Positions 21,297-30,039 of a stretch of DNA of 64,000 nt are shown piece by piece (position 1 is the first letter of the stretch; every line of letters begins with the position of its first letter). The position numbers were made by a program, and so were the translations under genes. The notes under the pieces are model-generated. The model saw only the letters and a program-made list of their open reading frames with translations, was not told the DNA's origin and ran no database searches. Origin of the DNA: Alphaproteobacteria bacterium (GTDB lineage: Bacteria > Pseudomonadota > Alphaproteobacteria > Bin95); assembly GCA_965205265.1 (NCBI GenBank), contig CBDBGH010000003.1, positions 3,488,001 through 3,552,000 on the forward strand, in the 5' to 3' direction.

Positions 21297-23945
21297 CTAC
21301 TCCGTCGTCGGCGTCTGAAGCTCCGTGCCGAAGGCGCCGACCATCCGGTGGGTGCCGCCGTGTTCGGCCTGGAACTTGCCCATGATCGCGGTCGGATGGT
21401 TGCTGCCGTCGCCGCCATTCTCAACCGTGCCGGGCTTGTCGTCATACAGGTTGGCCACCCAGCTCCCGGCCGGCGCCGCCTTGTTGCCGTTGATCGACCA
21501 CACCGTCTTTTCCGTGTTGACGATGTGGCCCTTCTGGGCATCGGTGGCCAAGCTGGGGTCGGTGGTCCAGGCCGCCTTGTTCAACGTCACGCTCCAGTCG
21601 TTCTTCATCCCGTTTTTCAGCCTGAAGTCGTGGATCGTGCCGGTCAGGCCCGTGTCGGCGTTCAGGTTGGCGGTCCCGAACTGGGCCTTCAGCGTGGCCG
21701 TCGCCGTGAACTCGCCACCGCCGCCCTTCTCGTTGAGCGGGTCGTTGATGGCGTACCAGCCGATCGCGGGGCCCTCATAGGTCGCCGCCCTGCCTCGGTT
21801 GACGTTCAGGCTCTTGCCGTCCGTGGCGAGATCGACGCCCCCGCCGACGGACTGGTAGAAGGCGCTGACCGCCGCCGGCATGCCGTCGGCGTCGTTCCGC
21901 ACCCACCAGCCGAAGTACATGTAGCTGAGGTCCCTTTCCAGCACCTTCGCGCCCGCGTCGTGGACGAAGTACCAGTCGGCGGACATGAAGTAGCCGCCGA
22001 ACCCGCCTCCTCCGACCCCGGTCTCGACCGTGCAGGTGCCGCTTGCGGGGCAGAAGTAGTTGCCCGGCGCGCCGTAGTAGGTGCCGGGGACCTTGATCTC
22101 CGCGCCCCCGTCGGCCGGCTTCGGAGCGGTCACGGACCCTATCCCGACGGTCCACTTGTCGAACGTGGCGGATGCGATCGCCCGGTCGACCCCGGTGCCC
22201 AGGGTCAGTCTGCGCGCGTGTTTTGGGCCGCTGTTGCCGGATACGAACGGCTCGTAGGTCCCCTTGTTGATCCAGTCGGTGTCGTCCTTGAAGAACTTCG
22301 CGGCATCCATCGGGACGACACCCCATCTCTCCAGCGGGCCGCCCTGCCGGTCGTTGTACACCCGGACCTTGTCGGTGACCTTCATGCTGCCGGAGCCGGT
22401 GGTCCTTTCGTAGTGCGTGACGTTCCACCGGCCCACCTTGTCCATGGTCGTGTCGTGCCCGGGGCGCCCCTCCGCGCCGTGCCTGAAGTACACGGCGGTG
22501 TGGGTGTTCGCAGTCGCGATGCTCCCCGCGCCGGCCGCGGGGTCGATGCGGAAGTCCCCCCGCTCGCCCCTCTGACCGGTCGCCTCCGCCGGGGCGTCGT
22601 GCTGGCTATCGGTGATACTGGTGATGTAGTACGGGACGGTCGCGAGGTTGTTCAGCGCGTTCACCGGGGCCGTTGTGTCATCGGACGGACCCATCGCCGC
22701 GTACAGCGCCCGGCCCATCCTGTGCCCGTCCATGCGCGCCGTCTTGGCGTCGCCGAAGGCGTCCTCCTGCAGGGCGAGCCTCGTGCGCAGCAACTCCTTG
22801 TTGGCCTCGGGGATGTTCGCGTCCGCGATCGCCGTCTTGGCCGCCGCGATGGCGGCTTCGACGTCGGTCACGGTGCTTTCCTCGGACAGGGACGTGATCC
22901 TGGCGATCGCGTCCATGACCGCCTTAATCTCGCCGTCCGTGATCGTCGTGACGACGCCGGCGATGCGGGTCTCCTCGGCCTTGGCCGCCATGCGGGAGTC
23001 CTTGGCCCGGTCGAGCGCGCCCTGATGCATGGCAATCTTCGAGCGAAGCTTCGCCTTTTCAGACTCGGGGATGTTTGCGCCCTCGATCTCCGCCTTGGCC
23101 GCGTCGATGGCGGCCTGGGCGTCCGTCACGGTGTCGTCGCCGGACGTGTTCGTGACCATCTTGACCGCCTCCATGGCCGCCGCGACCTGGGTGCCCTCGA
23201 TGTTCTTGACAACATGATCGTGGTAATGGCCCTGCGCCGTCTTGATCTGCCCGTCGTCAGCGTCCGCACGGTCCGCCTGAGCCTGATACCGGTCCTTTTC
23301 GTCGTCGGTCAGATCCTCGGCGCCCGCGATCGCCGCTTTCAGCTCTCTGAGAGCGGCCATGGCGGCGTCGAGCTGCGCCTTCGTGGGCGTCACGCCCGCA
23401 AACGCCGCAAGAGCCATGTCGAGCTTTCCGGAAGCCCCCGAAAGCGCGTTCATCTGCTCTTTCCGGTCCACGGCTGTCTGGGCACTGGCCAGTTGCGTCC
23501 GATACGTCGCCTTGTTGGCATCGCTCACGTCGCCCGCATCGTCCAGCGCCTCCTTGAGAGCCGCGATGGCCGCCTTGGCCGCGGCGAGCTTGTCCGCGTC
23601 CGACAGGTCGGACGTGTCGACCTCGGCGAGCGCGTCCATCAGCGCCTTCTTCTGATCCATCTCGCGAGCCATCGTCGCCAGCACCGTCTTGCGCGCCGCA
23701 GCCGCCGCCTGAAGCTTCGCGAGCTCCTCGCCGGAAACGCCGGCCGTTGCATCGGCAACGGCCTTGTCGACCGCAGCGTCCGTCGTGGCCGCCTTGATGG
23801 CCGCGTCCGCCTTCTGGTAGGGCGTCTGCGTCTGCGCCGGCATCTGCGTCGTCGTCGACGGCGAGCTTCCGCCCCCGCCGCAGCCGGCAAGCCCCAGAGC
23901 CGTGGCGGCCATGACCGCGATCGCCCAATGCTTCACAATTCTCAT
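21297..23945 (-). CDS. Surface lipoprotein with TbpB-like barrel (type XI secretion cargo), copy 2
   Basis: Identical translation to 87..2735; directly upstream of Slam. Confidence 0.88.
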   Translation of the reverse strand: MRIVKHWAIAVMAATALGLAGCGGGGSSPSTTTQMPAQTQTPYQKADAAIKAATTDAAVDKAVADATAGVSGEELAKLQAAAAARKTVLATMAREMDQKKALMDALAEVDTSDLSDADKLAAAKAAIAALKEALDDAGDVSDANKATYRTQLASAQTAVDRKEQMNALSGASGKLDMALAAFAGVTPTKAQLDAAMAALRELKAAIAGAEDLTDDEKDRYQAQADRADADDGQIKTAQGHYHDHVVKNIEGTQVAAAMEAVKMVTNTSGDDTVTDAQAAIDAAKAEIEGANIPESEKAKLRSKIAMHQGALDRAKDSRMAAKAEETRIAGVVTTITDGEIKAVMDAIARITSLSEESTVTDVEAAIAAAKTAIADANIPEANKELLRTRLALQEDAFGDAKTARMDGHRMGRALYAAMGPSDDTTAPVNALNNLATVPYYITSITDSQHDAPAEATGQRGERGDFRIDPAAGAGSIATANTHTAVYFRHGAEGRPGHDTTMDKVGRWNVTHYERTTGSGSMKVTDKVRVYNDRQGGPLERWGVVPMDAAKFFKDDTDWINKGTYEPFVSGNSGPKHARRLTLGTGVDRAIASATFDKWTVGIGSVTAPKPADGGAEIKVPGTYYGAPGNYFCPASGTCTVETGVGGGGFGGYFMSADWYFVHDAGAKVLERDLSYMYFGWWVRNDADGMPAAVSAFYQSVGGGVDLATDGKSLNVNRGRAATYEGPAIGWYAINDPLNEKGGGGEFTATATLKAQFGTANLNADTGLTGTIHDFRLKNGMKNDWSVTLNKAAWTTDPSLATDAQKGHIVNTEKTVWSINGNKAAPAGSWVANLYDDKPGTVENGGDGSNHPTAIMGKFQAEHGGTHRMVGAFGTELQTPTTE

Positions 23946-24109
23946 GAACCCTTCTCCTTTCAGCAGGAACGCCTCGCCGGTCCCCGATGCAAACTCCGGG
24001 CAAAGTGTAGGTGGAACGCAGGGCGTGTCAACAAACTAAAACACTTCATGCGCCGTTCCCTCATGCGAGCCCCAGCGCAGGCGGAGCATAGGCGGACAGG
24101 ACGGGAGAA

Positions 24110-25267
24110 TCAACAACTCCGGAGCTTCCGCTCGACCGCCACCGCCACCCGCTCGGCGGCTTGGCCGAGGGTCGCGTCGTCGAGATGGACATAGCGGTTC
24201 GTCGTGCTGGCCCGGCGGTGTCCGAGCAGGCGTCCTGCGACATGCAGGCTTTCGCCATTCATGACGGCGTGCGAGGCATGCGCATGTCGCAGGTCATGAA
24301 GCCGCGCATCCGCCACGATCCCGGCCGCATCGCGCGTCGTGGTCCAGAAATAGTGGAGTTCGTTGCTGCCCAACGGCCCGTCTCCGCTCCTGCCCGGAAA
24401 CACACATTCCCCGGACGCCGATTCGGCGAGGCCGGCCAGCAACGCCCGCGCCGCTTCGCCCAGCAGAACGTGCCTCGGGCCCGTCTTGGTGTCGGGCAGC
24501 GCGAGCCGGTCCGGCTTGACCTCGCACCAGCGCAGGCGGCGAATCTCCCCCGGCCGGCACCCGGTCAGCAGGAGCAGGCGCACCGCCGCGGCGCAGACCG
24601 GGTGTTCGGCCTCGCGCTCGCGCAGCACCGCGCCCAGCTTCGCCAGATCGTCCGCACCCAGCAGCCGCCCGCGCGGCGGACGCCGGTAGCGGACGATGCC
24701 CGTGCACGGGTTCCCGGCGGCCTCGGGCCGATGACCCCACGCGACGGCGCAGTCGAACATGTTGCGAAGGATGTCATGGGCGCGGTTCGCCCCGCCCGGC
24801 CTCCGCCGCCCGTAGTCGTGGAAGAAGCGGGCAATGTCGGCCCGCACGACCGCGCCGACGCGCAGATGGCCGAGCGCGGGCAGGATGGCGCTGTCGAGGT
24901 AGCTCAGGGTCGCCTGCACCGTGGACGGCTTCCAGGACGGGGCGCGCCGCTCGACATATTCCACGGCGAACTTCGCCAGCGTCGGGCCGGAAGCGGGAAG
25001 GGGCAGAGAATCGCCGACGCCCTTCTCGCGGGCGAGGAAGGCGAGCGCCGCAGCGCGCGCCCGGTCGGCCTTTACCGCCTCCGGCCTGCCGAGCGTGACC
25101 CGGCACGGCTTGCCGTCGCGCCGGAAGCGGAACACCCAGGATCGCGCGCCGTTGGGCTGGACGCGCAGCATGAAGCCCTGAAGGGCGGTATCGTGGACGG
25201 CGTATTCGCGTTCGCGCGGACGGGCCGCGAGCGCGAGCGCATCGGTCAGCCGGGCGCGTTCGGTCAT
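24110..25267 (-). CDS. Tyrosine integrase 2 with N-terminal arm-binding domain (385 aa)
   Basis: MTERARLTD start overlaps integrase 1 stop; DTALQGFMLRVQPNGARSW arm domain; TGCRPGE, HDLRH, LGH..TNRY. Confidence 0.92.
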   Translation of the reverse strand: MTERARLTDALALAARPREREYAVHDTALQGFMLRVQPNGARSWVFRFRRDGKPCRVTLGRPEAVKADRARAAALAFLAREKGVGDSLPLPASGPTLAKFAVEYVERRAPSWKPSTVQATLSYLDSAILPALGHLRVGAVVRADIARFFHDYGRRRPGGANRAHDILRNMFDCAVAWGHRPEAAGNPCTGIVRYRRPPRGRLLGADDLAKLGAVLREREAEHPVCAAAVRLLLLTGCRPGEIRRLRWCEVKPDRLALPDTKTGPRHVLLGEAARALLAGLAESASGECVFPGRSGDGPLGSNELHYFWTTTRDAAGIVADARLHDLRHAHASHAVMNGESLHVAGRLLGHRRASTTNRYVHLDDATLGQAAERVAVAVERKLRSC

Positions 25268-26415
25268 CGGTCCGCCTCCCCGCCGTCGAGCATGGCGGCA
25301 AGGCCGCGCGAGACCCGGTTCGCGGCCTCGAACACGGAGCCCTCGGCAAGGTGCGCATAGCCGAAGGTGGTCTGGATGTCGGCATGGCCGAGCAGCCCGG
25401 CGACGATGCGCAGGCCCTCGCCGCCGCCGACCGCGACCGCCGCATAGCTGTGGCGGAGATCGTGAATGCGCAGCGTCGGCAGACCCGCCGCCGCGCGGAC
25501 CGCGTTCCATGCCCTGTCCACCGTCGCAGGGCCGCCGCAGGGAGACGCGAACACCCACGGGCAGTCGTCGCGCCGGGGTTGCGCCGCGAGCACGGCGCGG
25601 GCGGGCGATGCGAGCCGGATCGTGCGCGGACCGGTCTTGCTGTCGGGCAACACAACACGGTCGCCGTGGACATGCTCCCACCTGAGCCGCAGAGCCTCGG
25701 ACTTGCGCGCGCCGGTATGGAGCAGGAAGCGCAGCGCGGCGACGGCGACCGGCCATTCCGCTTCCGCGCCGTCGAGCGCCCGCCCAAGCGCGGCGAACTC
25801 GTCGTCCGTCAGGTAGTGCGCCTCGAAGCCGGTCCTGCGCCGCCGCAGCCCCTTGCACGGGTTGGAGTCCTCGCGCCGCAGGCCGAGCGCCTCCGCGTGC
25901 TTCATCATCGACGACAGCACCGCCAGCGCCCGGTTCGCCGATCCCGCCCGCCTGGCCGACAGATCGTCGAACCAGTTGTGCACATCTTTCGCGCCGATCG
26001 AATCGACGCGCCGACCGCCAAACACGGGCAGGATGAAGCGGTTCATGCCGTCCGCGTGCGCGCGCCGCGTCGCCGGCTTCCAGCGTTCGGCGCAGTCGGC
26101 GAGGAACGCCGGCGCGAACGTCCGCACCGTCGGCACCGTCGCCGGTGCGCCGCCCGTCTCCGCATCGGCGAGCAGCGCTCGCGCCGCGTGCCGCGCATCC
26201 TCGACCGTCAGTTCGTCGAGCGCGCCGAGCGTCCGCCTGACGACGGAGCCGCCCGCGCGCCGGTGCACGATCCATGTCTTGCGCCCTTTCGCCCGCACCC
26301 GCAGGCCGAGGCCCGGCGCGGCGCTGTCCCACAGCACGGCCTCGCGCCCGTCCGCAGCAGCGAAGGCGCGCGCCCGCGCCTCGGTGATCTTCGTCCTCTT
26401 CGTTCCGTTCGGCAT
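25264..26415 (-). CDS. Tyrosine integrase 1 with N-terminal arm-binding domain (383 aa)
   Basis: WDSAAPGLGLRVRAKGRKTW arm domain; TGARKSE, HDLRHSYA, LGH..TTFGY. Confidence 0.92.
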   Translation of the reverse strand: MPNGTKRTKITEARARAFAAADGREAVLWDSAAPGLGLRVRAKGRKTWIVHRRAGGSVVRRTLGALDELTVEDARHAARALLADAETGGAPATVPTVRTFAPAFLADCAERWKPATRRAHADGMNRFILPVFGGRRVDSIGAKDVHNWFDDLSARRAGSANRALAVLSSMMKHAEALGLRREDSNPCKGLRRRRTGFEAHYLTDDEFAALGRALDGAEAEWPVAVAALRFLLHTGARKSEALRLRWEHVHGDRVVLPDSKTGPRTIRLASPARAVLAAQPRRDDCPWVFASPCGGPATVDRAWNAVRAAAGLPTLRIHDLRHSYAAVAVGGGEGLRIVAGLLGHADIQTTFGYAHLAEGSVFEAANRVSRGLAAMLDGGEADR

Positions 26416-27069
26416 CTTCCGACCCCTTCCCTTGTCTGCCGGTCGCAGGAGCCCCCGTTGGGGAACACCCAGGACACGCCGGGGAACGGCGTCGGGTTCG
26501 AAGATCGGAAGGGCCGGAAGTGCCGCACTCAAACGCCGCGCGGGCTGCAAGCCATTGTCAGAACTGGCCTTGCGGCGCTTCGCGGATGCGGGGGCGGAGT
26601 GATGATTTCTACGCCCTTCGGCGCGTGGTTCTCACACCCGACGCACCGCTGGCGCCCTCAGATCCAGGCGCGCGCCTGGCATGTCTTGCCTGCGTTTTCA
26701 GCGCCCTGAAACGACACGGTGTTGATGGGCGGAGTTGCCCCCGATCGGGGGTCCGGCGCAGTCAGACTGACTGCACGGAATCATCCGCCGAATCAAGGTC
26801 TTGCACACCCCGTCCATCGGCCGTGTGACGGCGTGTTGCGCGATCATGCGCATCAGCCCGGGAAATCCCCTATGGAGCAGTCAATCCGACTGCGCGCCCG
26901 GCTGCGCCCACTGTTGACAGCAGTCACTCCGACGGTACGGCCGGAACCGCTGTCGGGCCGGCTCCGCCGCATCAGGGGACGCCCGGCGGTGTTTCGTTGG
27001 CTACCGGTTTCGGTCTGGCCGTCGTACCATGCGGAGATGGAATCCGCACGGGAGGAGGCCCGGAGATCA

Positions 27070-27408
27070 ATGGCCGAGACGTTCACGAGGACCATCCGGG
27101 TCACGCCGGAGCAATGGGAGCGGATCGAAGAGGCCGCCAGGGAACGCGAGGTTTCCGCCAACCGGCTCGTCGTCGACCTCGCCATGGCGGCCCTCGACCG
27201 GCGCCCATGGCCGCGCACCGAACTCGACATCCAGGTCGCCAAGGCCGCCCTGTTCGCCGCCCAGGTCCTGCGGCGCGGTCTCATTGCCGACGGACGCGAG
27301 GCCGAGGTCGAGGACATCATGCGGTTCGTTTCGACATTGACGCCCGAAGGCGCCGCCAGCCCGGTGCCGTTATTCGACCCGCCGCCTCGGCCATCCGACC
27401 TTCGATGA
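27070..27408 (+). CDS. Ribbon-helix-helix-like DNA-binding protein; 3' end replaced by IS256 remnant
   Basis: TRTIRVTPEQWERIEEAAREREVSANRLVVD beta-alpha-alpha pattern; GGAG RBS. Confidence 0.6.
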   Translation: MAETFTRTIRVTPEQWERIEEAAREREVSANRLVVDLAMAALDRRPWPRTELDIQVAKAALFAAQVLRRGLIADGREAEVEDIMRFVSTLTPEGAASPVPLFDPPPRPSDLR

Positions 27409-27602
27409 TCTCGGCCAGCGCCTGGCGCCCGAGCGGGCGATAACCCTCGCCCCACTCCAGTCCGTCTGCCTGCATCTCCTTCACCACCTCAAACGCCTGC
27501 GGTAGGCTCATGATCGTCGCAGCTTGCTGGGACATGCGGGGTGCTCCTGCTTGTGATTGTCATCACCACAGGGAGGCCCCCTTTCTGCCTGACACATAAA
27601 TT
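27382..27602 (-). pseudogene. 5' remnant of an IS256 element (sibling of 54411..57390); its outer IR is displaced to 29609..29619
   Basis: MSQQAATIMSLPQAF... identical to the 56190 transposase N-terminus. Confidence 0.88.
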
Positions 27603-29518
27603 CCTGACTTCGACGGTTGGGCTGACTTCTGACCGATCTCGCGTCTGGAGTTTTCAGTAAAGCCAATGAGTTGGCAGTTGCGGTGCGGTCAAGCTGCGTT
27701 GTAGTGCCTAGTAAATCTTTGAGACTGTCAATGCCTCCGCCACGCGCTACACTCCCCCCATGTTCGTGCGCATCAAGACCTCCCCCAACAGCCCGCGACG
27801 CTCGGTCCAGATCGTCGAGGCCGTGCGCGACGGCGGCAAGGTCCGACAGCGCATCGTCCGCCATGTCGGCGTGGCCATGGACGAGGACGAGCTCGAGCGC
27901 CTGAGGCAGCTCGGCGAGTACGTCAAGGCGAAGCTGGAGGACGAGCGTCAGCCGGCATTGTTTGCGCCCGAGAAGATCGCTGAGCAGGCGATCCGTGTCG
28001 GCCGCCGGGGGGACGGCAAGGAGGAACTCCCGGTCGACCTCAAGCAGCTTGAAGAGGAGCAGCGCCTGATCACAGGCATCCACGAGGTCTATGGCGAGAT
28101 CTACCGGCTGCTGGGCCTCGACGCGCTGCTGCCGCGCTCGCGCTACCGGGCCTCCCATGACGCGCTGTTCCATGTGGTGATGGCGCGGGTAGCCAACCCC
28201 GACAGCAAGCGGGGCAGCGTGCGCCGGCTCGAGGAGGACTTCGGCGTGAGTCTTCCGCTCGAGAAGGTCTACCGGATGATGGATCAGCTCGACGCGACGG
28301 TGATCGAGCGACTGCGCACGCGCGTCGGCGAGGCGAGCCGGTCGCTGCTGCCGGAGCCGGTCGCGATCCTCTTCTTCGATTGCACCACGCTCTACTTCGA
28401 GACGGCCGCCGAGGACGAGCTTCGCCAGCACGGCTTCAGCAAGGACGGCAAACACAAGGACTCGCAGGTTCTGCTGGCGCTGATGGTGACGCGCGAAGGG
28501 CTGCCGATCAGCTACGAGGTCTTCCCCGGCGCCACCTACGAGGGACACAGCATGGTCCCGGTCCTGCAGGACATGCAGCGCCGCCACCAGGTGGAGCGCA
28601 CGGTATGCGTGGCCGACCGGGGCATGCTGAGCGCCGACAACCTCGACGCCATGGACGCCATCGGCGGCGAGTATGTCGTCGGCGCGCGGCTGCGCAAGCT
28701 GCCGCTCGCGCTGCTGGGGCAGGTTCTCGACCCCGGGACCTATGCCCCGCTGGAGGGCTCACAGGACCGCCGGGTCGGCGAGTGGGAGTACAAGGGCCGT
28801 CGCCTGATCGTCGTCTTCTGCCCCCAGCGCGCACGCAAGGACGCGCACGAGCGCCGCCATCAGGTGGAACGCCTGCTCGACAGGCTGGCCCGCAGCGACA
28901 ATCCCAGGGAACTGCTCTCCAATCACGGGGCGAAGCGCTTCATCGCCGTCGAGGGCGACGCACGGCTCACGGTGAACCCGGAGAAGATCGCCGAGGCCGC
29001 ACGATGGGACGGGCTCACCGGCGTCATCACCAATCTGCGCGACGCGCGCGTCACCGAAGTGATGGCTCACTACCAGGGGCTCTGGCAGGTCGAGGAGAGC
29101 TTCCGGATCACCAAACACGACCTGAAGATACGTCCCATCTGGCACTGGAACCCGGACCGGATCCGCGCTCACATCGCCATCGCCTTCCTGGCCTTCGCCT
29201 GCGTTCGACACCTTGCGTACCGCGTCGCCATCCAGAAGCGGCGGATGTCCCCGGAGGTCATCCGCTCCGCCCTCGTCCACCGCCAGTGCTCCCTGCTGCG
29301 CTGTCGGCAATCGGGCAACCGCTACGTCATCCCCTCGAAGCCGACACCGGCGGCGGAGCAGATTTACGCAACCATGGGGCTGCCCCTGACGATCACCCCG
29401 TATCAACTCGCCTGACCGTCGACGAAGCACGGCTCGAAGAAATGCCGGATGTAGTGCCTAGCCGAAATGAGAACCAGGCAATATCAACTACTTATGCGAA
29501 TCAACCGTCGAAGTCAGG
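27603..29518 (+). mobile_element. IS1634-family element with 90-bp target duplication
   Basis: 17-bp perfect IRs CCTGACTTCGACGGTTG; direct repeat 27513..27602 = 29519..29608. Confidence 0.92.
27760..29415 (+). CDS. IS1634-family transposase
   Basis: FFDCTTLYFE, GFSKDGK, VADRGM, YQGLWQVEESFRITKHDL.IRP motifs. Confidence 0.93.
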   Translation: MFVRIKTSPNSPRRSVQIVEAVRDGGKVRQRIVRHVGVAMDEDELERLRQLGEYVKAKLEDERQPALFAPEKIAEQAIRVGRRGDGKEELPVDLKQLEEEQRLITGIHEVYGEIYRLLGLDALLPRSRYRASHDALFHVVMARVANPDSKRGSVRRLEEDFGVSLPLEKVYRMMDQLDATVIERLRTRVGEASRSLLPEPVAILFFDCTTLYFETAAEDELRQHGFSKDGKHKDSQVLLALMVTREGLPISYEVFPGATYEGHSMVPVLQDMQRRHQVERTVCVADRGMLSADNLDAMDAIGGEYVVGARLRKLPLALLGQVLDPGTYAPLEGSQDRRVGEWEYKGRRLIVVFCPQRARKDAHERRHQVERLLDRLARSDNPRELLSNHGAKRFIAVEGDARLTVNPEKIAEAARWDGLTGVITNLRDARVTEVMAHYQGLWQVEESFRITKHDLKIRPIWHWNPDRIRAHIAIAFLAFACVRHLAYRVAIQKRRMSPEVIRSALVHRQCSLLRCRQSGNRYVIPSKPTPAAEQIYATMGLPLTITPYQLA

Positions 29519-30039
29519 ATCGTCGCAGCTTGCTGGGACATGCGGGGTGCTCCTGCTTGTGATTGTCATCACCACAGGGAGGCCCCCTTTCTGCCTGACA
29601 CATAAATTCTTACGTCACCCGTCGTAGGCCGGCATTTGCCTTCGGCCTTCGTGTATTCTATACAGGGAGTCGGCATGGTTTGCTGCCGCCTTGCGACCGC
29701 AATCAGTCCGTTACAGGGGTAAAGTCATGACGAACACTGCAAGCGGTAGGGGTCAGGACATGACCGCCCTCACGTGCGCGCGACCTTCGTGCCCCCCCCC
29801 CGGCAGGTAATCGGGCGGCTTTCGTGCGTCCGCACCTTGGCTCTTGAGCGGCGTTCTGGCGGGGTCCGCCTGACGCAAGCTCTCCCGACGACACCCCGCT
29901 TGTTTGAACATGACATCGGAACTGCTGCGGGTTTCCGGGACGGAACCGGCTTCGAGCCTCGCCCGTGGCGCAATCGAATCCGGCACCGCTTCACAGCGCC
30001 AACGGCGGGGTGGCGGCCTCACCAAACGGAGAATGGATC

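Larger units (their letters stand above)
19663..26645 (-). mobile_element. Putative site-specific integrative cassette: integrase 1, integrase 2, surface lipoprotein, Slam
   Basis: 14-bp direct repeat TCACACCCGACGCA at 19663..19676 and 26632..26645 brackets exactly these four co-oriented genes. Confidence 0.7.

Noticed and set aside
24110-26332. 740-aa fused integrase ORF
   Set aside because: The N-terminal half is an alternative frame over integrase 1; the real gene starts at 25267 with an ATGA overlap.
29800-29900. Possible c-di-GMP-like riboswitch (GGACGCACGAAAGCC on the minus strand)
   Set aside because: Only partial resemblance, wrong orientation relative to the RTX genes, and no clear P1/GGCAAA element; needs an Rfam scan.
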